DNA from: Chitinophagaceae bacterium | Lineage (GTDB): Bacteria; Bacteroidota; Bacteroidia; Chitinophagales; Chitinophagaceae | NCBI GenBank assembly: GCA_041916555.1 | Contig: JAYRZH010000002.1 | Location: forward strand, 4,612-68,611 | Reading direction: 5' to 3' | DNA: 64,000 nucleotides | Part shown: positions 56,328 to 64,000 of the stretch, piece by piece | Numbering within the stretch: position 1 is the first letter of the stretch | Layout of the letters: each line of letters begins with the position of its first letter | The notes under the pieces: model-generated | What the model was told of the DNA's origin: nothing | What the model saw: only the letters and a program-made list of their open reading frames with translations | Databases searched by the model: none | Translations under genes and position numbers: made by a program

Positions 56328-57332
56328 TTATGGAGTTATTGAATCGATCTGTTGCTTCAGTATATGTTGAAATCGTTTAAGTTTATTTTTATCCCTCCAC
56401 AGTTGCCTGGCGTAGCCTGAAAAAAAAGCCCTCTCCACCTGCAATTCCTCTTTCCTGTTTTCCTCAGGAGCTATCAACCTGGCAGAGATCGATATCTTCT
56501 TTTTTTGTGCCGCCAACCATTCATACCACCAGGAGTGGAACTTAAAACCGGAATCAAGTAAAACCCGGTAACAGTTCAACCGCGCCTGGGCCAATCCAAA
56601 TCCGTAGGTCATGGTCAGCAGATAGGGAAACCGCATCCGGCCATCCGGCATATAATGCTGCAGCAACAGGTCATCCCGGTAATAAAGCCGGTATCCCATC
56701 AAACGAAATGCAAAGCAAAGTTCACTATCCTCCCCTGCCATCATGGATTTACCTTGTCGTCCCACTGTCAGGTTTTTGTATCCAGTATTGCGTAAACGGA
56801 TCCAGAGAGATTTGCGGAGACTTAGGCCCGCTCCCCATAAAAAACCCCTTTCCTTTTCTACATAGCCGGAACTTTCTCTTTGTTTGCCTACGGCAAAACT
56901 CCGGGAATAACGCTCAAACCAGGAAGGCTCATTTTTTTCAAAATAACCAACCGCCTGTCCTCCACAAGCGGCAATGGCGGGATCTAGATTAAACACCTCC
57001 ATAACCTTGATCACCCAATGATCCTCCACCCAGTTATCATCATCAATAAATGACAGGATCTCATACCGGGCTGTTTCCAATCCTTTGTGTCGCGCATGGA
57101 TCAATCCGGGTTTTTCTTCCCTGACCACAGTGATTGGCGCCACCGGATTCTTAGACCAGGTTTGGCGGGCAATGTCACCCGTGCCATCGGTGGAGGCATT
57201 GTCCACAATAACCAGTTCCCAGGGAAAACCGGGATCCACCTGTTTTTGCAGCGCCTCCAAAGCGGGAATGATTCTTTCCCGGGCATTGTAACAACAAATA
57301 ATTATGGATAAACCGTCCAGCGGCATAAGCAT
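56328..57332 (-). CDS. Glycosyltransferase family 2
   Basis: 'LSIIICCYNARERIIPALEALQKQ...LVIVDNASTDGT' and 'FIDDDN'. Confidence 0.85.
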   Translation of the reverse strand: MLMPLDGLSIIICCYNARERIIPALEALQKQVDPGFPWELVIVDNASTDGTGDIARQTWSKNPVAPITVVREEKPGLIHARHKGLETARYEILSFIDDDNWVEDHWVIKVMEVFNLDPAIAACGGQAVGYFEKNEPSWFERYSRSFAVGKQRESSGYVEKERGFLWGAGLSLRKSLWIRLRNTGYKNLTVGRQGKSMMAGEDSELCFAFRLMGYRLYYRDDLLLQHYMPDGRMRFPYLLTMTYGFGLAQARLNCYRVLLDSGFKFHSWWYEWLAAQKKKISISARLIAPEENRKEELQVERAFFSGYARQLWRDKNKLKRFQHILKQQIDSITP

Positions 57333-57335
57333 TTA

Positions 57336-58169
57336 TTACCAGGAAGCGTGAATATCCACCCAAAAACCATAATCTTTCTTATTGGGAAGGGCATGGAACA
57401 GGTCGTGGTAAAAACCATATATCTGTTTGGCTTTGCTATAATCATGCCATTTACCTCCCAGTTCCTCTCCAAAATTTCCTGAGGTCCCTTGTTTAAAACC
57501 CTGGCTGTAGGGAGGAATGGCTTTCCGGTCGAGCCAATGAATAAAATGCCTGCCCCCGAATTTTCTAAACACCTTTAAGGGGAGGTTGTTCCATTGGCGC
57601 AAACGATACCCCCATAACCATCGGTTGAAAAAGGAATTTGGCGGCAGGTCAAGATGCGCCAGGTTATATTGAAATATCAGTTTGAATTTGGTGAAACCTT
57701 TCGCAGCCAGGTCATCCAGCAAGGTATGATCATTGGCTTCCACAGAGATAAACCGGGGCAGGTCTTTCGGGTCAAGTCCTTCAATGCAGAGGTAATCATG
57801 ACCTTCAATATCAACCTTTAAATAATACGGCACCCCGTTCTCCCTGATCACATTGGAAAATAGTCTTGCCTGGATCTGGATCGCATGCCAGGGTAATCCG
57901 TCGCGACTCGTTATAGAAAGATCAAATGAATTCCACTCAGGCTTGGCCTCGTTTATGTAAAACTCAAATTGCCCTTCTTCCTTTGATACGCCTATGTTGA
58001 GTATTTGAAGCTGCCCGCTTGCTACTTCGGAAGAAAACCTTTTGGCACCGGCTTCTGCTTGTACGGGATCGGCCTCAATGGCAATTACCCGATATCCTTT
58101 AGAAAGGTAATACGCCGTATCATCCCCGTTGTGCATACCTACATCATAAATCAGTTTCTCCTGGAACAT
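57336..58169 (-). CDS. FkbM-family methyltransferase (second copy)
   Basis: 'IYDVGMHNGDDTAYYLSKGYRVIAIEADP' and 'KVDIEGHD'. Confidence 0.7.
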   Translation of the reverse strand: MFQEKLIYDVGMHNGDDTAYYLSKGYRVIAIEADPVQAEAGAKRFSSEVASGQLQILNIGVSKEEGQFEFYINEAKPEWNSFDLSITSRDGLPWHAIQIQARLFSNVIRENGVPYYLKVDIEGHDYLCIEGLDPKDLPRFISVEANDHTLLDDLAAKGFTKFKLIFQYNLAHLDLPPNSFFNRWLWGYRLRQWNNLPLKVFRKFGGRHFIHWLDRKAIPPYSQGFKQGTSGNFGEELGGKWHDYSKAKQIYGFYHDLFHALPNKKDYGFWVDIHASW

Positions 58170-58174
58170 AAATA

Positions 58175-59377
58175 TTATCGGTTAGATTTTGTCAAGGTCT
58201 TTGCAAATACTTTCAAGTAGAATTTTCCATGCACCCCATACCGGTACAGGGTCATAGCCAGCCTGGCCCTTTTCAGCCAACTATATCTCGCAGCACGAAT
58301 GGCCTGCTCAAAAAAACTCTGCATTACGGAATGGTGTAGTACCAATTCCCGGGATGAAGCCTGTGCCAGTTCCTTAACCAGCTTTATCCCAATCCAATTC
58401 CCCTCATAAAACCTCACCAGGTTATCCTTCTCCAGTTCATTTAGCCGCGGCAGTAGCCAACCAGTGTACCGATGGATAAGATGCGCCCGGTTTATTTTTA
58501 TTAAGTCTGACCCCAAGGGTACCACGGCTTCGTTCTTGGCAATGGTTTCCGAGAAAAAGCAAAGTGGTTCGTTTCCCTGAAAATACCTGTCAGAACAAAT
58601 CCGGAATGTAACCCCATTGTTCCGCAGGATATGTATCCTAATACCCTCCAGTTCTGAATGGGCTACCCTTTTTTCTTCCAGAAAGGTTTTCAAACAGCGT
58701 TCAGGAACCAACTCCCTGAACCCCTTCTCCTGGTACAAACGGAGGGTGGATTCAAAATGCTCATAGTACCGGAGGTATTCTTCCATTGGTCCCGCAGCCC
58801 CTATGGCAAAAATATCGGCGCAGGCCCCCGTAAGTTCATACGGATTAGAGTTGGGCAGAAATAATGTAGCCTCTTTAACTCCCTGCTCGATCATGTTTGA
58901 AAAAGCAGGAGCAATTTCATAACCCAGATCATAACGCATTTTCACCACCAAATCATAACCCAGGCCTTTCTCCCTGGCATGGGCATCCATCAGTTTCCAT
59001 GCCTGGTATTGAGAATAAAGCATGGAAAGCAATCCCGAAACAGGAATGATCGATTTGATGGAAACGGGGATCTCCTCAAACTTACGCGAAGGTTCAATGA
59101 GACAGGCAACCGGTTTATATAACCTTTTTACCTCTCCCTCATCCACATTTGGCGGAGGTGGCGCATCACCGGCATGGTCCTTCCACCAGGAAGCCGTCAC
59201 CGATTCCTCTATATCCCAGGTGTGTGCAAAAACATCTACTTCACCATGCCCCGATAAAACATTTCGCAGGGCTTCAAAGGAAGGATGCGTATTTCTAAAA
59301 CTTCGTAAATGACCTGTAAGAAGTAAAGCTATTTTCAAGAAAGAGGGGAGTTTTATTGTTTTACCGCTATGGCGCAA
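58175..59377 (-). CDS. Hypothetical protein of 400 aa with no family recognised
   Basis: Long ORF in operon register, 5 nt from the next gene. The start on the ORF track is TTG. The N-terminus 'KIALLLTGHLRSF...DVFAHTWD' looks like the first strand and loop of a Rossmann-like fold. Confidence 0.5.
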   Translation of the reverse strand: MRHSGKTIKLPSFLKIALLLTGHLRSFRNTHPSFEALRNVLSGHGEVDVFAHTWDIEESVTASWWKDHAGDAPPPPNVDEGEVKRLYKPVACLIEPSRKFEEIPVSIKSIIPVSGLLSMLYSQYQAWKLMDAHAREKGLGYDLVVKMRYDLGYEIAPAFSNMIEQGVKEATLFLPNSNPYELTGACADIFAIGAAGPMEEYLRYYEHFESTLRLYQEKGFRELVPERCLKTFLEEKRVAHSELEGIRIHILRNNGVTFRICSDRYFQGNEPLCFFSETIAKNEAVVPLGSDLIKINRAHLIHRYTGWLLPRLNELEKDNLVRFYEGNWIGIKLVKELAQASSRELVLHHSVMQSFFEQAIRAARYSWLKRARLAMTLYRYGVHGKFYLKVFAKTLTKSNR

Positions 59378-59445
59378 AGGGGCGTCAGGTTTTTCTTCTT
59401 GCGCTCCTTAGTGTCTTAGTGCCCGTGCGGTAAAACTTTCGATAA

Positions 59446-60174
59446 CTATTTCTTCAAATACTCCAAAAACAAGCTAAGATCCTCCGGGGTTCCCAACCCA
59501 TGCATATCCTCAAAATCCACATCAAAGATCCCTATCTTCTTTTTCTCCTTTATCATCCAGTTGTAAACCGGACAGGTATAAAACTCATTGTTGACGCGGT
59601 CATTATGAACGATCATATCCACAGCGGCGTCAACAAAAGAGGATCCTTTGGAAAAGTAATATATACCCACTGTGGCCTTGTCGGAGATAACCACTTTTTC
59701 TCTTACTTCGGTTACAAAGCCCTGTGCATCTGTTTTGGCAAAAGACCATTTAGGGTTCTTCTCTTTGTCAGTGAATGTAAGGATCGATCCATCCAGGTTT
59801 CTCTTGCTGGCATCCGCCAGCATATCGGCTAATGAAAACTCTACCCACTGGTCTGAGTTCGCGATCAGCAAAGGTGTATCATTATTAATAAATGACCGGG
59901 CAAAAAGCACAGTACAGGCAGTGCCTTCTGTAAGCTGGTTCACGGAAATAAAACGCAAGGGGAATTCCTGTTCCAGTTGCCTCACCAACTCCTTTTCCGC
60001 ATCCAGGTGTTCCTGTCTGGCGATAAGGGTAAAATAAGCATTGGGAACCTGAAGGTTTTCAATCACCCATTTGATCATGGGTTTTCCCGCCACATCTATA
60101 AAGGGTTTGGGTTTTTCAAAACCGGCTTTGCGAAAGCGGGAACCTTCACCGGCCATGGGAATAATGATGTTCAT
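59446..60174 (-). CDS. Sugar-/alcohol-phosphate nucleotidyltransferase (NTP_transferase fold), copy 1
   Basis: 'MNIIIPMAGEGSRFRKAGFEKPKPFIDVAGKPMI', the canonical N-terminal NTP-binding loop. Confidence 0.75.
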   Translation of the reverse strand: MNIIIPMAGEGSRFRKAGFEKPKPFIDVAGKPMIKWVIENLQVPNAYFTLIARQEHLDAEKELVRQLEQEFPLRFISVNQLTEGTACTVLFARSFINNDTPLLIANSDQWVEFSLADMLADASKRNLDGSILTFTDKEKNPKWSFAKTDAQGFVTEVREKVVISDKATVGIYYFSKGSSFVDAAVDMIVHNDRVNNEFYTCPVYNWMIKEKKKIGIFDVDFEDMHGLGTPEDLSLFLEYLKK

Positions 60175-60193
60175 TTAGGGTTGATATTTTTTT

Positions 60194-60314
60194 ACCGCAG
60201 AGAACGAGAGAAATAAGAGTTACGCAGAGAAATTTATATAATTGATAATTTACTAAATGCTATTAGCTCTATCATTAACTCTGCGTAACTCTTATTCCTC
60301 ATGTTCTCTGCGGT
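60194..60314. repeat. 121-bp inverted-repeat element with 36-nt arms (33/36 complementary) and a 49-nt AT-rich loop
   Basis: ACCGCAGAGAACGAGAGAAATAAGAGTTACGCAGAG (60194-60229) against CTCTGCGTAACTCTTATTCCTCATGTTCTCTGCGGT (60279-60314). Confidence 0.85.
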
Positions 60315-60317
60315 GAT

Positions 60318-60641
60318 TTATTTCAAATATTTATCTCCCGCAACAGAAGGCAGCTTCACAACCGTTGTCACCACCTCTTCACTCAGCACCCGGAAATCTG
60401 TTGCTTCACCGGGGTCGATCCGGATGATATCTCCAGCGGAGTATTTAACCCCATTCATTTCCACTTCGCCGGTTACGATTACGGTGTATTCTGTCGCGAT
60501 CTTGTGGTAGTGGCTTTTTTCATAGTCACCTTTCTTGTATTTCTTCACAGCCACTTCCACATCCGGGGTGGACATCAGGGTTGGTTCAAATTGACCAATA
60601 AACCAGCCCCCTTTCATATCATCCAGCTTGAATTTCTCCAT
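60318..60641 (-). CDS. Small single-domain cupin protein
   Basis: Intact cupin motif 1, G-x5-HxH-x4-E-x6-G, in 'GDYEKSHYHKIATEYTVIVTG'. Motif 2 is partial ('GDIIRIDPGE'). Confidence 0.7.
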   Translation of the reverse strand: MEKFKLDDMKGGWFIGQFEPTLMSTPDVEVAVKKYKKGDYEKSHYHKIATEYTVIVTGEVEMNGVKYSAGDIIRIDPGEATDFRVLSEEVVTTVVKLPSVAGDKYLK

Positions 60642-60643
60642 GA

Positions 60644-61381
60644 TTATTTGCTCAGGGTGTGTTCAAATTCCTTGATCTTCTGTGGGGAATAAAAAGAGTG
60701 GTAATGATCGTTGGGGATGGAATAGGCCCCAACCTTCTGGTTGTGCAGGATAAGTTCGTTTATGGTGGAGGACACAAAGAATATACCATTTGTATTGGTA
60801 TTCTTTTTTATCACTTCAAATCCGCCTTTGATAAAATCTCCGGCTTTCTTAAAATAGTATATGCCGGCAATGGCTCTTTTGCTGATGGGTCTTTTCTCGG
60901 CAGTTTCCACCACCACATCCCCTTCCATACGGGCATAAGACCATTTGGGGTGAACTGATTCAAATGTTACCAGTCCGCCATCCAGGTCATGCTCCCGGAA
61001 ATACGTCACCGCCTTGGCCAGGTCTTTTTCAATGATCTGATCGCCATTGGCTATAAGGAGGGGCTGAGTTGGATCCAGTTGGTCAATGGCCATCAGGCAG
61101 CTACATACAGCCCCTTTGGTTTCTTCCTTTAACCGGATCACCGCGGCTTTGCCATCGGTAAGGATATGAATAGTTTGATCAAGATGGAAGCGGGTACAAT
61201 CCTCTTCCCGGAGAATAAAGATGAATTTCATTTCCTGGCTCCCGATCTCGCTCAGGTTTTCATACACCCACTGGATCATGGGTTTGCCATCGATCTCCAC
61301 CAACGGTTTGGGAAACTGGTATTCCGCATGATCGGAGAAAAAAGCGTTGCCACCGGCTATGGGTATCAATATCTGTAGCAT
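60644..61381 (-). CDS. Sugar-/alcohol-phosphate nucleotidyltransferase (NTP_transferase fold), copy 2
   Basis: The N-terminal segment 'ILIPIAGGNAFF...YQFPKPLVEIDGKPMIQWV' is a degenerate version of the NTP loop, lacking the G-x-G-[ST]-R signature of copy 1. The overall layout parallels copy 1. Confidence 0.6.
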   Translation of the reverse strand: MLQILIPIAGGNAFFSDHAEYQFPKPLVEIDGKPMIQWVYENLSEIGSQEMKFIFILREEDCTRFHLDQTIHILTDGKAAVIRLKEETKGAVCSCLMAIDQLDPTQPLLIANGDQIIEKDLAKAVTYFREHDLDGGLVTFESVHPKWSYARMEGDVVVETAEKRPISKRAIAGIYYFKKAGDFIKGGFEVIKKNTNTNGIFFVSSTINELILHNQKVGAYSIPNDHYHSFYSPQKIKEFEHTLSK

Positions 61382-61385
61382 GGGA

Positions 61386-62015
61386 TTAGTTGTCGATTTC
61401 TTGAATACGGCCTCTCACCGATTGATAATGCACATCATTTACCCCGGTCACTTTCAGCAAATGGGCACCCGATGCCAATGCGGCCCTGATGCCATTCTCA
61501 TTGTCTTCCACCACCAGGCACTCTTCAGGCTTGAACCCAAGTCTTGAAATAGCGGTGTTATACATCTCCGGGTCGGGCTTACCTTTTTTGACGTCCTGGT
61601 TGGATAAATAGAAATCAAAATAATCTATGATCCCGGCCTTGGTGAGCATGTGGGTGATGGTATCCTTTATGGAATTGGAGCAAACCACCAACCGGTACCC
61701 TTCACTCTTCAACCTGGATAATGCATACTGGTGGTGAAATACAGGCCGGCATTTCAGGATCACTTCCTCAATGGTGTATTGTTGCTTAAGGTCATTGATA
61801 AACCCGTGCAAGCCCTCCGGGAATCCTTTCTCCATGGTCAGCATCTTCAATTTCTCTTTGGTCGGGAGCCCGTCGTAGGTAACCAAATGGTCAAAGCGGC
61901 TGATGGCCATACCAAACAAGCCCAGGGCTTTGTTCAGGGCCTCATAGTGCCAATCGCGGGCATCAATGAGTACGCCATCCATGTCAAAGATGACCGCTTT
62001 TATTTTTTTACTCAT
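61386..62015 (-). CDS. HAD-superfamily hydrolase/phosphomutase (subfamily IA-like)
   Basis: The ATG at 62015 overlaps the upstream stop codon (ATGA). 'VIFDMDGVLIDA' is the DxDx(T/V) nucleophile motif. Confidence 0.8.
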   Translation of the reverse strand: MSKKIKAVIFDMDGVLIDARDWHYEALNKALGLFGMAISRFDHLVTYDGLPTKEKLKMLTMEKGFPEGLHGFINDLKQQYTIEEVILKCRPVFHHQYALSRLKSEGYRLVVCSNSIKDTITHMLTKAGIIDYFDFYLSNQDVKKGKPDPEMYNTAISRLGFKPEECLVVEDNENGIRAALASGAHLLKVTGVNDVHYQSVRGRIQEIDN

Positions 62016-62644
62016 AGCTTGAAAAAGTTTTGGGCTTCTTCGGGCAGATCGGTGCAAAGCATCAGGTCTTCCCAGCCAAATTTATTGATAATATGACGAT
62101 AATGCTCCCATTCCGCCTGATAGGGTCGTTTATGAAGCTCGGGTGAAACGATACATACTTTTTTACCCCGCCCCATGTGCCTGGCAATTACCTGTTCATC
62201 GATCCAGTGGCCATTGAACTCATCCAGCCAAACACCCTTGGCCGCTTCATACAGGTAAGGGTCTTTTTCATACTCACTTTCGCGGGAATAAAAATGCAGC
62301 CCTTGTTTCCAGTACCCAAGCGCGTCGGGCACCGACATATCAAAGAAGAAATAGGATTCAATGCCCCGTTTGCGAAGCTCTTCACCGATCATGGTTTGCA
62401 GGCCATCGGCCTTAACATTCAGGGCCAGCATCATGGGGTTGTGGTATGATTGGTACTGGTCAAGGAATGACTCCACCGTTTGCTCTGTTCCGGAAGCCAT
62501 ATCATGCGCAATGTAAAGCTTCCTACCAAAGTCGCGTATATCCGTTTCCACGCCAAAACCAAGGGAAAAGGACCGATCAAAGGCCGTCACGGAATTTTTC
62601 TCCGCCGGCTCCTTCCAATATCCTCTATGGGCCAGGATGATCAT
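62012..62644 (-). CDS. Glycerophosphodiester-phosphodiesterase-like (GDPD/PI-PLC-like TIM barrel) protein
   Basis: 'MIILAHRGYWKEPAEKNSVTAFDRSFSLGFGVETDIR' carries the HRG...E.D signature of GDPD-like enzymes. Confidence 0.55.
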   Translation of the reverse strand: MIILAHRGYWKEPAEKNSVTAFDRSFSLGFGVETDIRDFGRKLYIAHDMASGTEQTVESFLDQYQSYHNPMMLALNVKADGLQTMIGEELRKRGIESYFFFDMSVPDALGYWKQGLHFYSRESEYEKDPYLYEAAKGVWLDEFNGHWIDEQVIARHMGRGKKVCIVSPELHKRPYQAEWEHYRHIINKFGWEDLMLCTDLPEEAQNFFKL

Positions 62645-63924
62645 GCTTTGAAGTTTTCAGTGGACCAGCCCGGCCGAAACAGGCTTTTGGAACCCTTCAT
62701 TTCCGTCAGGTATTTTCTTCCTATGCCCGCGATATTCTCAACCGAAAATTCCAGGTCACATTCATTATTGATAATGCGTTTCTGATTGTGGATACCAATA
62801 TCAAACTGCACCCGGTAACTTCCCGATGCGAGAGTATTGGCCGGAATGACAAATCGCTTTTTAAAAGGCCCCGGCTGATAGGTGCGTATCTCCGGATCGG
62901 GGTCCGCATCATCAAACAAAGTATAGGCCAGTTGGTAATCAAATTGCGACCAGAGTGTGAAACCCAGGATCAATCCATACACCGGTTTTAGCAATTCCCC
63001 TTCAATCTCCACCACCAGGTCCTTATGCGAAAAGAACCCAAATTCAGCGTCATTGCTGATAACCCTGGCTTGTGAAACTTTTACATGTTCATCACCCGCT
63101 TCTCCCTTCCATTCATGCTGGCTGCTATGTGCCCCCTCGTGGGTGTACATGGACAACACTTCCTCAATCCCACCCTGCAATTGCATCTGCCCATTCTTTA
63201 AATATATCCCCTTTGAGCAAAGACTCGAAAGGGCCATCAGGTTATGGCTGACAAATAATACGGTGCGTCCTTCATTGGAACTCACGTCTTTCATTTTACC
63301 CAAACATTTCTTCTGAAACTCCGCATCCCCTACGGCCAGCACTTCATCTACCACCAGGATCTCCGGTTCCAGATGAGCGGCAACCGAAAAGGCAAGACGC
63401 ACATACATCCCCGAGCTGTACCTCTTTACCGGCGTATCAAGGAATTTCTCCACACCGGAGAAGTCCACTATCTCATCAAATTTTCTTTTGATTTCGGCAC
63501 GACTCATTCCCATGATGGCGCCATTGAGAAAAATATTCTCCCGGCCTGTCAACTCAGGATGAAAACCTGTGCCTACTTCAAGAAGACTGGCCACACGCCC
63601 CTTGATGGAAATGCGACCGGTGCTAGGCTCCGTGATCCGGCTAAGTACTTTCAGCAGCGTACTCTTTCCGGCACCGTTTCGGCCAATGATCCCAACCCGC
63701 TCTCCCTGGGCAATCTCAAAATTCAATCCCTGCAAGGCCCAGAACTCTTCCACTTCATCGCCATCCACCATTTCCTTTCCGGAAAATACCTTTGCTGTTT
63801 TTCCTAAAGCCCCTTTAACCCCATCCACTACCTGTTCCCGAAAGGTTTTATACCCTCCTTTCCCCTGGTGACCAATGATGTACTTTTTGCCCAGGTTCTC
63901 AACTTTTATTACGGTATCAGCCAT
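62641..63924 (-). CDS. wzt: ABC-transporter ATPase for polysaccharide export (Wzt/TagH-like) with a C-terminal extra domain
   Basis: Walker A 'GRNGAGKST', signature 'YSSGMYVRLAF', Walker B 'ILVVDEVLAVGD', plus about 180 aa of C-terminal extension. Confidence 0.85.
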   Translation of the reverse strand: MADTVIKVENLGKKYIIGHQGKGGYKTFREQVVDGVKGALGKTAKVFSGKEMVDGDEVEEFWALQGLNFEIAQGERVGIIGRNGAGKSTLLKVLSRITEPSTGRISIKGRVASLLEVGTGFHPELTGRENIFLNGAIMGMSRAEIKRKFDEIVDFSGVEKFLDTPVKRYSSGMYVRLAFSVAAHLEPEILVVDEVLAVGDAEFQKKCLGKMKDVSSNEGRTVLFVSHNLMALSSLCSKGIYLKNGQMQLQGGIEEVLSMYTHEGAHSSQHEWKGEAGDEHVKVSQARVISNDAEFGFFSHKDLVVEIEGELLKPVYGLILGFTLWSQFDYQLAYTLFDDADPDPEIRTYQPGPFKKRFVIPANTLASGSYRVQFDIGIHNQKRIINNECDLEFSVENIAGIGRKYLTEMKGSKSLFRPGWSTENFKA

Positions 63925-63950
63925 AAAGGTTCAGTAAATAATTGAACGGT

Positions 63951-64000
63951 TCAGATAAGATCAGCGAAACTTTTCTCCATACGACGAAAGGTCCGGATGC
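63951..64000 (-). CDS. wzm: ABC-2 type polysaccharide export permease (Wzm-like), last 16 codons only
   Basis: The reverse strand reads '...IRTFRRMEKSFADLI*'. This is the typical C-terminal tail of Wzm/TagG/KpsM permeases, directly upstream of wzt. Confidence 0.6.
   Translation of the reverse strand, partial: IRTFRRMEKSFADLI

Noticed and set aside
59378-59445. A 68-nt gap with a short direct repeat, 'CTTAGTG' twice (59407-59420), considered as a terminator or promoter between the nucleotidyltransferase gene and the 400-aa unknown gene.
   Set aside because: I could find no stable hairpin or U-run on the operon strand. It is too short and weak to call, so the genes are probably co-transcribed.
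1-64000. I looked for mobile-element, defence-island or prophage signatures: transposase, integrase, restriction-modification, toxin-antitoxin, CRISPR repeats and flanking tRNA.
   Set aside because: No ORF shows DDE, tyrosine or serine recombinase, nuclease/helicase or Cas-like motifs. I saw no regularly spaced direct repeats and no tRNA-like sequence. The only repeat elements are short hairpins and the 121-bp inverted repeat.

Overview
This is a densely coding 64 kb chromosomal segment with about 60 CDS. I recognised no rRNA, tRNA, CRISPR array, transposase, integrase or phage gene. The protein families, the lipoprotein and Tat signals, and the lack of Shine-Dalgarno motifs before start codons suggest a Bacteroidota genome (Chitinophagaceae/Sphingobacteriia-like). 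That origin is an inference, because there is no marker RNA to confirm it. All family assignments come from motif reading by eye, and no searches were run.

Layout:
- 1-10.6 kb: OPT peptide transporter (5' truncated), a DUF1501/DUF1800 pair, three secreted Zn-metalloproteases (M48, M43, M16), an AIM24-like protein and a lipoprotein.
- 10.9-17.8 kb: a TetR-TolC-MFP-RND efflux operon.
- 17.9-25 kb: housekeeping genes (DUF502, Zn-phospholipase-C-like, serC-DUF1015, TPR protein, acyl-CoA ligase).
- 25.0-34.7 kb: an orphan NarL-type response regulator, then a single-strand sulfur island with a DsrE-like protein, TusE/DsrC-like protein, SQR, SoxB-like hydrolase, TsdA-like dihaem cytochrome c, split YeeE/YedE, rhodanese, a persulfide-dioxygenase-rhodanese fusion and TauE.
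- 34.8-42.1 kb: MscS, then a zeaxanthin-type carotenoid cluster (crtY, crtZ, idi, crtB, crtI) behind an ECF sigma factor and a MerR/B12-binding (CarH/LitR-like) regulator.
- 42.1-64 kb: a large glycan (O-antigen/EPS-like) locus. It holds a CpsB phosphatase, GT4, formyltransferase, deacetylase, AsnB-like amidotransferase, one opposite-strand polytopic membrane protein, seven further GTs, an acyltransferase, two FkbM methyltransferases, an unassignable 400-aa protein, a nucleotidyltransferase/cupin/HAD/GDPD-like module and a Wzt/Wzm ABC exporter (wzm truncated at the window edge).

The items most worth follow-up are:
- the composite sulfur island, with its orphan SoxB-like and TsdA-like pair and no recognisable persulfide sensor;
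- the unassigned nucleotide-activation module and the 400-aa unknown protein in the glycan locus;
- a 121-bp inverted repeat with 36-nt arms that fills an intercistronic gap;
- a repeated TTAAACAA motif in the promoter region downstream of the CarH-like regulator gene;
- a structured 360-bp intergenic region with tandem terminator-like hairpins.
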